DNA of 64,000 nucleotides from an uncultured bacterium. Lineage in GTDB: Bacteria > Patescibacteriota > Minisyncoccia > UBA6257 > GWB1-50-10. Of the stretch, positions 9,924-19,946 are shown piece by piece. A program made the translations under genes and the position numbers. Under the pieces are notes generated by a model that did no database searches, was not told the DNA's origin, and worked only from the letters and a program-made list of their open reading frames with translations. Each line of letters opens with the position of its first letter. The first letter of the stretch is position 1. The DNA lies in contig OY970216.1 in NCBI GenBank assembly GCA_963713955.1, positions 8,075-72,074 of the forward strand. The letters run 5' to 3'.

Positions 9924-11174
9924 TTAAAATAACAACAGGCCGCCGATAAGTAAAGCCACGAGTTGCGCCACGGTCATTATTAAAAGCATTGAAGGGATGC
10001 TCTGCCCAGCGAGAAATATCGCGATTGTCGTCAAAGCAGCGATCACGAGAAAAACATAAGAGATCTTTGTCTTATGAATTGAGAGCGCGTATTGCAAAAC
10101 CAGATTGGCCAAGGAAAAAAGCGAGGCGGCGATAGCAAAGAATCCCAGATAAAAACCGACGTTTTCATATTTGTTTCCGAATAAAAGACTGAGAACTAGT
10201 TTGGGATCAGCGAAATAAACGAGCGTCGCCACGAGAGAAACGATGAGAGTGGCAAGAAAGGCGTCTTTGAAAATACGGGAAGAGCTGATACCTTTGTGTT
10301 TGTTTTCGGCCGACATCGAAAAAAGAACGGTGGCGACGACGCCAGTCGCAAAGAAAATAATTTTGGAAACGACCGACAGAGCTCCGTACTGACCCGCTGC
10401 GAGAGAACTGAGATTATGCTTGGCTAAAACCACGTCGACATTCCCCAAAAAACTGATCGCCAAACTCCCCGCAAAAACGGCGGCGACGTAACTTTTCATT
10501 CCCAGAAAAGCGTCGATGCTTTTACGCGGAGAATCATTATTTTGCCTGCGCAAGATGAATCTGATGACAACAACGGACGCAACGTAGGAAATCACCCCAC
10601 CCAATAAAATACTCCCTATTATTCCCCCCAAGGCGAAACCAATCTTTATAAGCACGAATGCCGCTGCCAATTTCACTATCGCACCATAAACGCCTACCAA
10701 ACCTACATCCTTGAACTTCTGCCAGCCACTAAGTATCCCGGAATTCACTGCCCCCAAAAGAGAAAGAAATATAAGAATCCAAACCTCTATCAGCGGGAAA
10801 CCGCTCGACAGATTGAAGAAATATTTCAAATAAGGCGTGAAAACTATGCCGGCGAAAAGGAGCGGCAAGCCGTAAATCAAAACCTTACCGTTGAAATACC
10901 TCAGGATTTCCCTCACGCCCTCCGAGTTGCCGGCCGCTTTGCATTTGGCGGCATAATTCGTGGCTACCAGGGTCAGGGTGGCCGCCGGGACTGATATTAT
11001 GTTTATGAGAGATATGAGAGATTCAGCTTCACCGTACACCTCGACGCTCACCATCCTCCCGACCATCAGATGGAAAAGATAATTGAGGATATTGACCGAC
11101 GCGGTTCCCAGAAAAAGAACCAGGCTATTTTTAACAAAAGTGCTGTTTTTTAGGTAACTTAGAGCTTCCTTCAT
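9924..11174 (-). CDS. MOP-superfamily oligosaccharide flippase (Wzx-like polysaccharide biosynthesis protein)
   Basis: 416-aa polytopic membrane protein placed at the head of the glycosyltransferase operon. Confidence 0.5.
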   Translation of the reverse strand: MKEALSYLKNSTFVKNSLVLFLGTASVNILNYLFHLMVGRMVSVEVYGEAESLISLINIISVPAATLTLVATNYAAKCKAAGNSEGVREILRYFNGKVLIYGLPLLFAGIVFTPYLKYFFNLSSGFPLIEVWILIFLSLLGAVNSGILSGWQKFKDVGLVGVYGAIVKLAAAFVLIKIGFALGGIIGSILLGGVISYVASVVVIRFILRRQNNDSPRKSIDAFLGMKSYVAAVFAGSLAISFLGNVDVVLAKHNLSSLAAGQYGALSVVSKIIFFATGVVATVLFSMSAENKHKGISSSRIFKDAFLATLIVSLVATLVYFADPKLVLSLLFGNKYENVGFYLGFFAIAASLFSLANLVLQYALSIHKTKISYVFLVIAALTTIAIFLAGQSIPSMLLIMTVAQLVALLIGGLLLF

Positions 11175-11467
11175 TGCTTGTCTTTGTTTAAAATCCCGTT
11201 CACGGCGGATAGTAAATCATGAAAATACACCATGTCTCTGTCGCCACCGAACTCAAAGATAATCCTATAATCACTGTTTATGGAAAAAGCCCAGAATAAA
11301 CTCAACCTTCCATGGAGCTTATGAGTTTCCAGTTCAGGGTTAAACGGATTCTTTCTGAACAGCACCTCAGCTTTCTCGGCAGCAGCCTTCACCTCTTTGG
11401 GAAGCTTCTTATATTTTCTCGCGAACTGAGTCGAGTAAATTATTTTCATGCCCCTCCTTAATGGCAC
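11171..11467 (-). CDS. type II toxin, RelE/ParE family
   Basis: 98-aa basic protein abutting an RHH antitoxin gene; its C-terminal YRIIFEFGGDRDMVYFHDL resembles RelE/ParE. Confidence 0.5.
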   Translation of the reverse strand: MPLRRGMKIIYSTQFARKYKKLPKEVKAAAEKAEVLFRKNPFNPELETHKLHGRLSLFWAFSINSDYRIIFEFGGDRDMVYFHDLLSAVNGILNKDKQ

Positions 11468-11683
11468 TTATCTCAAGCTCTTCAGGGAACGGAGCGTTTT
11501 GCCCTTCCCCGCTAACATTTCAGCCTGACTTACTCTGATTTCTCTTAAAAGTTTTTCCTCTTCCCACAGGCGAAGCAAATCCCTAAAAAATTCACTCTTC
11601 GTGGCATAACCACCTTCCTTTACCTCTTTACTGACCTTATTATGCAATTCCTCGGGAAGGGATATGTTTATGATTTTTCTCAT
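11468..11683 (-). CDS. ribbon-helix-helix (CopG/ParD-like) antitoxin
   Basis: MRKIINISLPEELHNKVSKEVKEGGYATKSEFFRDLLRLWEE has the RHH fold pattern. The internal ATG at 11683 was chosen as the start. Confidence 0.5.
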   Translation of the reverse strand: MRKIINISLPEELHNKVSKEVKEGGYATKSEFFRDLLRLWEEEKLLREIRVSQAEMLAGKGKTLRSLKSLR

Positions 11684-11751
11684 ACTTTCAAGTGTAATAC
11701 AAAGTATTACAAAGTCAAGCTCCCGAGCGCCTTCAGTGCTCGGGAGGCGGT

Positions 11752-11812
11752 TATCCCCCAAAATATGGCCTCCCGCTCTCGATAGATCCGCCAGCTGGCG
11801 GAGTGGATAACT
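11752..11812. repeat. GGCCTCCCGCTCTC palindromic repeat family, copy 1
   Basis: GGTTATCCCCCAAAATATGGCCTCCCGCTCTCGATAG with neighbouring CTCCCGAGC/GCTCGGGAG and CCGCCAGCTGGCGG palindromes; closely similar to the sequence at 32176-32238. Confidence 0.5.
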
Positions 11813-11856
11813 TTGAAGATTGCCGAAGTTCTTATTGTTGATATAATACAAGCACC

Positions 11857-12132
11857 ATGAAAGAAGCTAAAGAAACAACCGTTGATACATTAGCTAGAAT
11901 GGTGGATGAAGGATTTAAAGAAGTGCATGAGCAATTCAGGTCAGTACGCAAGGGAATGAATGAACGCTTCAACAAGGTTGATGACGACATTCGATACATC
12001 CACAGCAGCTTGGACGTGATACAGAGGGAAATATCCGAAATTAAAGAACAACTTAAACGGGTGGTGTACCGCGAAGAGCTGGAAGCCGTGAAAGCGCGCA
12101 TCGCAAGATTGGAAAAGAAACTGGGGATATAG
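11857..12132 (+). CDS. hypothetical coiled-coil protein
   Basis: 91-aa ORF with a charged heptad-like sequence and a TATAAT-like box upstream. Confidence 0.3.
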   Translation: MKEAKETTVDTLARMVDEGFKEVHEQFRSVRKGMNERFNKVDDDIRYIHSSLDVIQREISEIKEQLKRVVYREELEAVKARIARLEKKLGI

Positions 12133-12151
12133 ATACAAGGGGAGGCAGATA

Positions 12152-12520
12152 TCAAAATAAGGCGTAAATGCGATCCAGAGGCAATCCCGAACCAATATAC
12201 GATTCGGCAAGGAGGTTGCGCAGAAGGAACAATAATCTCAGATTGTCTTTCCATTTATCGTCTTCCAAAGATAAATCCACGAGATTCAAGCCGCGCTCCA
12301 ATATCTCGTTTTTGAGTTTCGGGTTCTCTTTCTCGTACAGCGAAGCGCGCTTCACTTCGGAAGCGATATGCTTTAGTTGTTCGTTTTTGGAAAAACTTTG
12401 CCAGCGTTCTTGAGACATAGTACGAGAATTTCTAATTTCAATTTTCTTAGACACATCAACAGCTGCTTTAGAAAATGGTTTCTCTATAGAGTTCTTATCA
12501 AGCTTACCCTCAACAATCAT
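12152..12520 (-). CDS. hypothetical protein
   Basis: 122-aa ORF with no recognisable motifs. Confidence 0.25.
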   Translation of the reverse strand: MIVEGKLDKNSIEKPFSKAAVDVSKKIEIRNSRTMSQERWQSFSKNEQLKHIASEVKRASLYEKENPKLKNEILERGLNLVDLSLEDDKWKDNLRLLFLLRNLLAESYIGSGLPLDRIYALF

Positions 12521-12681
12521 GAGAATATTTTAACACTGATTTTAAATATTTTGGATACGCAATATAAAACTATGTCAGCCCCTCGGGAGACCTGCGGTTT
12601 CCCGAGGGACCAAAAAACCAAAACCCCGGCGCGAGGCCGGGGTATTTGGTGTCCGATTATGCGCTATCGGGAAACCGAGTG

Positions 12682-15600
12682 CTAGTTGGCCAAGTTGGTC
12701 AAGAGAGGTCCCGGAATCGGCAGAGTCACGCTTGCCGGCAATACCGTCAAGCTCTGCGAGGAGCCATCGCTCCACGTTACGCTCTGCACCGAGATCTGAT
12801 ACGTACCGTTGTTGTTCGTCGCCGACGTCGTGTCAGAAACCGCAGTTATCTGACCGATGATCGTGCGAGTCGCACCGCTCGGTACATCCCATCCTGAAGT
12901 CACACTGCTGCTGCCGAGATCAACCGACGAAGTGGCTGTGCTGCTGAGCGTCGTCGTCCCGAGGATTATTGAAGGATTCAACGAATCGAAGAACTTCAAT
13001 GAGATCGACGTCGTAGCGTTCACGATTGAGCCTCCTTCGGAGACCACCAATTTCTGAACGTAGACATCGTTTCCACCCGCGGTCGCACCGACGTTCATGG
13101 CAAACACATTCTGGCCGACACCGGTCGCAGCGATCTGCGAAACCGTTCCCGCACCGATCGACGCAACCAAAGCCCGGTAGACGGTTATGTTGTTACCCGC
13201 GGCGGCAAGAGCCCCAACATTCGTTGAAGACGCGCCTGTCGCGAGATTAACAACATAGTTCGTAACCTGGAATGAATGCGTGGTTGCCTCAGATGTCGTC
13301 GCGTTGTTGTAAGCAACGGCATTACCCGTCAAGCTTACCGTCGCATACCCGTTCTGCGGAATCGAGATCGGCGTACCGAAGACGAAGGTCGCCGTACCAG
13401 AAGCGTTCAACGACTGCTGAGTGTTCAGCGTTTGTCCGCCGTACACCAAGCCGAACGTGTTGAAGGCGCTCAGGTTACCGTTCACCGTCGTCGTAGCAGA
13501 GCTCGCGGCATCCTTGACCGTCATCTGAGTGACCGTGACGGGGCCGGATGCGCTACCGTTCAAGCGGAAGATGGCCAACGTGTTGTTGGCTATACCCATA
13601 CCCATGGCGGTCGCGGCAGGAGACGTCGGATCAAGCGAAACGCCCGCCAACACATTACCCTGCGATATCGCGACGGACTGACCAGTGACGGCCGTTCCGT
13701 TTTCACCGCTCGCGGTAAGAGTCACCGCATTGTTCCCGGCTGTCGCGCTTATCGACGCCAAGTCAGCCAAGACTTTCGATGCCGTCGAGGCACCGTTCGA
13801 AACGGAAGCATAGACGTTCACAATCACCGATGAATTCACGGCAACCGTGACCGGCGAAGAACCGCTGAAGGTGTACTGACCGCTCGGCGTGACGTTCCCC
13901 TGGGTTTGACCCATCGGGGTGCCGTTCACCGTTATGTAGAGGTTAGACAACCAACCTGACGTAACGCCCGAAGGAATCGCGATCGAGACGCCGCTCAGAA
14001 GGACGGGGTTCACCTGTCCGGACTGAAGGACGAAAGACGCAATCTGCGAAGCCGACGAACCGGCCATCACGACCGGATTCCCGAAGGAACCGTTCTGGTA
14101 AGCCGTCATGTTCGAGGCATTCGCGAGAACCTGAAGAACCGGAGACGTCTGCGCGGTCGGGCCGACCGTCACATAATTGGACTGTGACTGACCGGTCAGA
14201 GACACGGTGACGCCGATGCTCGAACCGCTCGATACGCCGCTCCCCACGCTGCCCTGAACCATCAAGGCCTGGGTCGTGTTCGCGGGTATGATGTAGTTCA
14301 AGTTGCTGAAGGTTACCGATCCGCCGCTCCCAATCGTCTCGTTCTGCGTGGTACCCAACTGGGCACCGCCGAGCAGTACCTGGACGTTATTGAGCGAACT
14401 TGTCGCAACGCCCGTTCCATTGATCGTCAAGGTCATCGAGGTTAAGCGGATGCTGTCACCCGACGCCAAGACGCTGAATTGTCCAAGACTTGCATTGGTA
14501 TTCCCGGCCACAACATAAAGCGCCGTGGACGAGGCTGCGTTAACCACTAATCCACCTTGGGCTACCGTTACGTAGTTCAGGTTCTGAGCGCTGAATCCAG
14601 TCCCGCCACTGATCGTGGCGCCAATGCTAACATTGTACATGTTATCAATGGCTTGTATGTCAGACGTTTGCTGAACGGTGAACTGGAAGTAATATCCGAC
14701 ACCGCCCGTCACGTCGGCATAGAGCTGAAGCGTCGCGGCCTGACCCGCCGAGAGCATCAAAGGCGCGCTCGAAAGATCGAAGTACGCCACGTTGCTCGTC
14801 AAGGAAGGCAAGGTCGGACCCACCTGGGTTCCGCCGTTCACGAGTTTCACGTTCTGGACGTACTGGGTCGGTAAGGAACCAGTCATCGTGAAGCGTAAGC
14901 TCGTGACCTTCACCGGGTCATTGCCGGCGGTCAACGTGAATTGACCGATGACGTTATTCGTCTGCCCGGCATTGATGGTCGTGGAAGCGGTTGTTGTCTG
15001 GAAGGTCAAGGTAGCGAGGTTCGTCACCGAAACCAACGACATATTGTTCCCCATCACGGGGTACGTTCCGCCAACCGTAGCGGTCGCTTGGACGTCAGAC
15101 GCCGAAGCCACTGCGAAGTTGATCACATGGCTCGCGATCGACGAGACGTTGGCGATGTCAGCCTTAACCCAAATCTCCACCGTGGAATTCGCGGGGACCG
15201 TGAAAAGTCCGGAACCGCTCGCGAACATTATCTTGCCGTTGGAGATGCTCTGGTTGATCGCAAGACGAGTGCCTCCTTGATAGAGGTAAACGTTCTGCAG
15301 ATCGGCATCTTGCGACAAGCCGCTCCTCGTGATCGCGAAGGAATTCACCGTCACCGGCTGAGAGCCGGCCGTGAAGTTCAAGGCGAGCATCGGGGTGGCG
15401 ACGGCGCCGATCGCGACGTTGCCGCCCACAGGACTATCGGAAGCGGTGCTTACGACTAATCCCGTTCCCACAGGAACGATAACATTAGTCCCCGTACCGG
15501 TTCCGGTACCAACCATCGTGCCCTCCATCGCGTTAACGGCCTTCATGGTTATGGGGCCGAAGTAACCCGCGGCTGGAGAAATACTACTTGCAGCTTGGAA

Positions 15601-15969
15601 TTTAGCCAAGGCTTTCTGGGTCGCCGGTCCGAAATATGTCGTTTCGTTGCCCGGGGAACCAGCTCCGCTCGCGGCTACCGTATATCCCTTCGCGTTCAAG
15701 AATTTCTGCAAAGCCTGAACGTCGGCACCCTTCGATCCAAGTGTGAGGGACTTGGCGAAAGTGTATCCGGACGCGCCGGCCGTAGAACCCGAACCGCTCT
15801 GGAGAGTCTGTAACTGCGCCTGCAACTGCTGAATCTGAGCCATCAGCGTTGATATGGTGCTCGCTGATGTTTGAGCAGAAGCCGTAAACACCGATCCGGC
15901 GAACCAAGCCGCCGTCGCGAATGTGAGGGCCACTGCTACTGCTTTTCGACTAAAACTATTCATTTTCAA
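12682..15969 (-). CDS. large secreted threonine/serine/glycine-rich surface protein with an N-terminal peptidoglycan-binding (PG_binding_1-like) domain
   Basis: Signal peptide MKMNSFSRKAVAVALTFATAAWFAGSVFTASA; GSKGADVQALQKFLNAKGYTVAAS...FGPATQKALAKFQ matches the PG-binding motif; about 900 aa of low-complexity beta-rich repeats. GC content is clearly higher than in the flanking DNA. Confidence 0.65.
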   Translation of the reverse strand: MKMNSFSRKAVAVALTFATAAWFAGSVFTASAQTSASTISTLMAQIQQLQAQLQTLQSGSGSTAGASGYTFAKSLTLGSKGADVQALQKFLNAKGYTVAASGAGSPGNETTYFGPATQKALAKFQAASSISPAAGYFGPITMKAVNAMEGTMVGTGTGTGTNVIVPVGTGLVVSTASDSPVGGNVAIGAVATPMLALNFTAGSQPVTVNSFAITRSGLSQDADLQNVYLYQGGTRLAINQSISNGKIMFASGSGLFTVPANSTVEIWVKADIANVSSIASHVINFAVASASDVQATATVGGTYPVMGNNMSLVSVTNLATLTFQTTTASTTINAGQTNNVIGQFTLTAGNDPVKVTSLRFTMTGSLPTQYVQNVKLVNGGTQVGPTLPSLTSNVAYFDLSSAPLMLSAGQAATLQLYADVTGGVGYYFQFTVQQTSDIQAIDNMYNVSIGATISGGTGFSAQNLNYVTVAQGGLVVNAASSTALYVVAGNTNASLGQFSVLASGDSIRLTSMTLTINGTGVATSSLNNVQVLLGGAQLGTTQNETIGSGGSVTFSNLNYIIPANTTQALMVQGSVGSGVSSGSSIGVTVSLTGQSQSNYVTVGPTAQTSPVLQVLANASNMTAYQNGSFGNPVVMAGSSASQIASFVLQSGQVNPVLLSGVSIAIPSGVTSGWLSNLYITVNGTPMGQTQGNVTPSGQYTFSGSSPVTVAVNSSVIVNVYASVSNGASTASKVLADLASISATAGNNAVTLTASGENGTAVTGQSVAISQGNVLAGVSLDPTSPAATAMGMGIANNTLAIFRLNGSASGPVTVTQMTVKDAASSATTTVNGNLSAFNTFGLVYGGQTLNTQQSLNASGTATFVFGTPISIPQNGYATVSLTGNAVAYNNATTSEATTHSFQVTNYVVNLATGASSTNVGALAAAGNNITVYRALVASIGAGTVSQIAATGVGQNVFAMNVGATAGGNDVYVQKLVVSEGGSIVNATTSISLKFFDSLNPSIILGTTTLSSTATSSVDLGSSSVTSGWDVPSGATRTIIGQITAVSDTTSATNNNGTYQISVQSVTWSDGSSQSLTVLPASVTLPIPGPLLTNLAN

Positions 15970-16492
15970 TTTTTCTTTACGGACATTCGTACATCAAAAA
16001 TAGGAATCTATTTTTAAGTACTTTTGTCCGCTTTTTGTTCGACAATAATTTCTTTATTTACCCCCCAACTTTCGGCTGAGAGGCCGACCTTTTGTTTTTC
16101 TTTGTTTCGGAATACCGCCCTGCGAGATCATTCGACCCGATCCGCCGACGGTACTAGTATCATTGAAAAGACCTCGCTTGGAGGCGAGGTCACATGCCAG
16201 TAAACCGCGAAAAGCGCGAATCCGCCGTGAGGCGGATGGAGCAATCATTTTCGTGACGTTACTAGCGCTTGGCCTCACTCCAAGCCCTGTACTACAACTT
16301 CCATTGTAGTGTCACTAGGCTTATCCTGTCCTACGACCTCCTTACCGTGAGATTGTAGTACGGGGCAAGCTCTAATGTTCTTATTATAACAAAATACGTC
16401 AGATAATCAACAATCGGTGCAAAAACGGGGATCTCTGTCGCTACAGTAAATAAAACGATGGGGCGTATCGAACGTTACGGAGAACAAGCAAA
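15970..16492 (-). ncRNA. candidate structured RNA or long 5' leader; family not assigned
   Basis: 523-bp gap with no ORFs and many hairpins (GACCTCGC/GCGAGGTC, ATCCGCC/GGCGGAT, CCCTGTACTACAA...TTGTAGTACGGGG long-range stem). Shares a conserved roughly 35-nt motif with 36766-36866. No RNase P, SRP or tmRNA signatures were found. Confidence 0.25.
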
Positions 16493-17245
16493 CTATATCC
16501 TCCAGGAAGCCGTGGCGAAAATAACCGAGGAAACAACTACAAAAATAGTCACTTCCCTCAAAACCAGGGACAGGTTGAGAACCCCCCTCCGATGGGCAAA
16601 AATCACCTCCCGCGCGATCAAGATAAGCATGGTGAGAAACGCGGCGGCATTCAGGAAGCCGAGCGGCAGGAAAGCTGCGAGGGCCGAGATCTCCGACGAA
16701 ACGAATCCTAGGGAACAGCCATAGAGGCCGAGCTTTTTCTCGGGGCCTTGCCCGAGGACATCGGCATATTCCCGGAACGAGAAATACACCACCGCAAAAT
16801 CGGCCAAAAACCACAGCGCGACGTCCCAGACGGAGCCGAGAGAAAAAAGCGGCACCCCGTAAAAGAGAACCGCAAAGAAGCATAAGAGCGTCACCGTCGA
16901 AAAGAGACTGTAGACGAACGATCGGTTCACGAAAACCGAATTCATGAGTCCCAAAAGAAAAAACATCAGGATCGCGTAGATCGCGAGTATCGGGGCCGGA
17001 GCCGGGATGCTCCCGAGCGCGACAAGGAAAAGGACCTGCAAGAGCCAGAAGGAAAATCTGAAGCTCCGCCGGTCCGGCGTTTCCAAGAGATAGGCCCAAA
17101 GGAGAATGAAAAAGAAGCCGACGACGGCCAGAAACGAAAATGACAAGAGGTAAGTTAAAAAGAGGGCGACCGCGCAAACGATCGCTCTACTGACTAACCT
17201 CCACTTTATCAGATTTGTTAATGAAGATAGTAACCTCCTTGCCAT
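16493..17245 (-). CDS. polytopic membrane protein, function unknown
   Basis: Hydrophobic Phe/Leu/Val-rich segments throughout. The overlapping alternative frame (16407-17177) is Arg/Gly/Pro-rich nonsense. The true start is probably downstream of 17245, to avoid overlapping clpB. Confidence 0.4.
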   Translation of the reverse strand: MARRLLSSLTNLIKWRLVSRAIVCAVALFLTYLLSFSFLAVVGFFFILLWAYLLETPDRRSFRFSFWLLQVLFLVALGSIPAPAPILAIYAILMFFLLGLMNSVFVNRSFVYSLFSTVTLLCFFAVLFYGVPLFSLGSVWDVALWFLADFAVVYFSFREYADVLGQGPEKKLGLYGCSLGFVSSEISALAAFLPLGFLNAAAFLTMLILIAREVIFAHRRGVLNLSLVLREVTIFVVVSSVIFATASWRI

Positions 17246-19817
17246 CCTTCAAAAGACCTCTCACCATTTTGTCGGCCAAGGCATCGACGATGACTTTTTG
17301 TATCATGCGCTTGATCGGCCGCGCGCCGTAATCCGGGTCGAACCCGTTCTTCACGACGTAACTCCTCACATCCGGCTTCACGTTCAAGGTAATCCCCCGT
17401 ACGGCAAGCCGCTTTTCGACCTCCGCGAGCTGGATCGCGACGATTTTCTCTATGTCTTTCGGCGTCAGCGATTTGAATATGATGGTCTCGTCGAGGCGGT
17501 TCAGAAATTCCGGCTTGAACGTCTCCCGGAGCGATTCCATGATCCGCTCCCGCAACGTTTCTTCTTTGTCTTCCACCTCGCGCGATACACCGCCCTGGAA
17601 GCCCAGCGCGGACATTTCCTTGAAATACGCCCCGCCGACGTTCGAGGTCAAGATGATAACCGTGTTCCTGAAATTGACGGTCTTGCCCTTGCCGTCGGTC
17701 AAACGACCGTTGTCCAAAACCTGGAGCAATATATTGAAAACCTCAGGGTGCGCTTTTTCTATCTCGTCGAACAAAATGAGACTGTACGGCCGGTGCCGGA
17801 CCGTTTCGGTGAGCTGCCCGCCTTCTTCGTGGCCAACGTAACCGGGCGGAGAACCGATAAGCCGCGCAACCGTGTGCCGCTCCATGTACTCGGACATGTC
17901 GACCCGGATGAGCGCTTTCTCGTCGTTGAACATGAAAGAAGCAAGCGCTCGCGCGAGCTCGGTCTTCCCGACGCCGGTCGGTCCCAGGAACATGAAGGAT
18001 CCCGACGGCCGATCCTCGTCGGCGAGCCCGACCCGGGAGCGCCTGAGAGCCCGGGCGACGGCACTCAAAGCTTCTTCCTGCCCGATGACCCGTTTCCCCA
18101 ACTCCTCTTCGATGCGCGAAAGTTTTTTCACTTCGGACTCAAGCATCTTCGCGACGGGTATGCCCGTCCAGTTCGAAACGACCGAGGCGATGTCTTCTTC
18201 GTCAACCATTTCTTTGATAAATTTGCGCGACTTCCCGCCGGATGCGAGGAAATTTTCTCCCTTGGAATATTCTTTTTCGGCTTTCGGCAGGGCCCCGTAC
18301 CGTATCTCGGCCACCTTGTCGAAATTTCCTTCGCGCTCGGCGAGCTCCGCTTCCCGCCTCAGGTCCTCTATTTTCTTCCTCAAATCGTGCGATCCGCTGA
18401 TGCTCTTCTTCTCGCTTTCCCACTTCGCGGAAAGCTTGGTGTTTTCATTTTTCAACTTCTTGAGTTCATCGCTTATCTCCCTGAGACGCGCCGGCGTTTT
18501 TTTGGAACTCTCCTTGGACAAAGCCGACTTCTCCACTTCGAGCCGGGTTATTTCCTTCCTGATTTTTTCTATCTCCGCCGGTATACTGTCCGATTCCAGC
18601 CGCCGCGCCGCCGCCGCCTCGTCGATCAAGTCGATCGCTTTGTCGGGCAGGAACCGGTCGGTGATGTAGCGGGCGCTCAAATTCACCGCCGCGATGATGG
18701 CGTTGTCGGTGACTTTGAGCCCGTGGTGCATCTCGTATTTCTCCTTGAGGCCGCGGAGAATGGATATGGAATCCTCAATCGAGGGTTCTTCCACGAAAAC
18801 CGGCTGGAACCTCCGCTCGAGCGCCGCGTCTTTCTCGATGTATTTTTGATATTCCCTCAAGGTCGTCGCGCCCACCGCGTGAAGCTCTCCTCGCGCGAGA
18901 GCCGGTTTCAGCATATTCGATGCGTCTATCGCGCCTTCGGCCGCGCCGGCGCCGACAATCATGTGAATCTCATCTATGAAAAGTATGATCTTCCCTTCCG
19001 CGCGGCTAATCTCTCTCAAAAACGCTTTCAGCCGATCCTCGAACTCGCCCCGGAACTTGGTCCCCGCGACGAGAGATCCGAGATCGAGCGTCACGACTTC
19101 CTTATTCTTCAGGGGTTCAGGCACATCTCCCGCGACAATCCGCTCCGCGAGCCCCTCGACGATGGCGGTCTTCCCGACGCCCGGCTCCCCGATCAAAACT
19201 GGATTGTTCTTCGTCCTCCGGGAAAGTATCTGCATCACCCGACGGAGTTCCTCCTCGCGGCCGATGACCGGATCGAGCTTCCCCTGCCTCGCCTTCTCCG
19301 TGAGATTCACGGCGTATTTTTCGAGAACTTGGAACTTCGATTCCGGCGTTTCATCGGTAACGCGGACGGATCCCCGAAGTTCTTCGAGGATCTTCGGCAG
19401 GGAATCTTTCCGCACGCCGAATTTCGCGAGCATTTCGGAAGCCGTGGACGGAACTTCTGTCAAGGCCAAGAGCAGATGCTCGCAAGAAACGAACTCGTCC
19501 TTGTATCGGAGAGAAATTTCTCCCGCCTTGTCGAGAATCCTTATGATTTCCTGGGAAAGGTACATTTGACCGATCGATCCACCGCTCGAAAAAACCTTGG
19601 GGAGCGTTTCGAGGAGCCGGAACGTTTCTTTTTCCAGCTCGGAAAGATTCACGTTTGTCTTCACGAGGAGCGGCCGCACGAGCGTCTGTTCGTCGTCGAG
19701 AAGGGCGGAGAGAAGGTGAAGCGCCTTGAGCTCGCCGTGGTTGTAGCGCGAAACCATCTCCTGGGCGGACTGGAGAGCTTCCTGGGCTTTTATGGTGAAT
19801 CGTTGGAAGTTAGGCAT
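17187..19817 (-). CDS. clpB: ATP-dependent chaperone ClpB (Hsp100)
   Basis: Two AAA+ modules (GEPGVGKT and GPTGVGKT Walker A motifs), a coiled-coil middle domain, 876 aa. Confidence 0.9.
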   Translation of the reverse strand: MPNFQRFTIKAQEALQSAQEMVSRYNHGELKALHLLSALLDDEQTLVRPLLVKTNVNLSELEKETFRLLETLPKVFSSGGSIGQMYLSQEIIRILDKAGEISLRYKDEFVSCEHLLLALTEVPSTASEMLAKFGVRKDSLPKILEELRGSVRVTDETPESKFQVLEKYAVNLTEKARQGKLDPVIGREEELRRVMQILSRRTKNNPVLIGEPGVGKTAIVEGLAERIVAGDVPEPLKNKEVVTLDLGSLVAGTKFRGEFEDRLKAFLREISRAEGKIILFIDEIHMIVGAGAAEGAIDASNMLKPALARGELHAVGATTLREYQKYIEKDAALERRFQPVFVEEPSIEDSISILRGLKEKYEMHHGLKVTDNAIIAAVNLSARYITDRFLPDKAIDLIDEAAAARRLESDSIPAEIEKIRKEITRLEVEKSALSKESSKKTPARLREISDELKKLKNENTKLSAKWESEKKSISGSHDLRKKIEDLRREAELAEREGNFDKVAEIRYGALPKAEKEYSKGENFLASGGKSRKFIKEMVDEEDIASVVSNWTGIPVAKMLESEVKKLSRIEEELGKRVIGQEEALSAVARALRRSRVGLADEDRPSGSFMFLGPTGVGKTELARALASFMFNDEKALIRVDMSEYMERHTVARLIGSPPGYVGHEEGGQLTETVRHRPYSLILFDEIEKAHPEVFNILLQVLDNGRLTDGKGKTVNFRNTVIILTSNVGGAYFKEMSALGFQGGVSREVEDKEETLRERIMESLRETFKPEFLNRLDETIIFKSLTPKDIEKIVAIQLAEVEKRLAVRGITLNVKPDVRSYVVKNGFDPDYGARPIKRMIQKVIVDALADKMVRGLLKDGKEVTIFINKSDKVEVSQ

Positions 19818-19946
19818 AGGAATCTTTACGAAATTACGAAAAGATACAAAAGTACGAAAACTGACGGCTCCTCCTACCTATACAGTATACCCCAATGCTA
19901 CTACCTTTTGGTAGGATTAGCAAGAGGACAAGTCGAGCGCTAATCT

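Noticed and set aside
16054-16278. 74-aa ORF inside the structured intergenic region
   Set aside because: Arg/Gly-rich, no start-site context, and it overlaps strong hairpins. It is probably non-coding.
15970-16492. RNase P RNA, SRP RNA or tmRNA in the large structured intergenic region
   Set aside because: I looked on both strands for AGGAAAGTCCGG / ACAGAACCCGGCTTA (RNase P), GGTGCTGTTT...GGAAGGAAGCAGC (SRP) and a tRNA-like 3' end with a T-loop and CCA (tmRNA). None of these is present.
16407-17177. 256-aa minus-strand ORF rich in Arg/Gly/Pro/Cys
   Set aside because: It is an alternative frame of the membrane-protein gene 16493-17245, and the hydrophobic frame is far more protein-like.
17298-19943. 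881-aa plus-strand ORF
   Set aside because: It is antisense to clpB and reads as an Arg/Pro/Gly-rich shadow frame.
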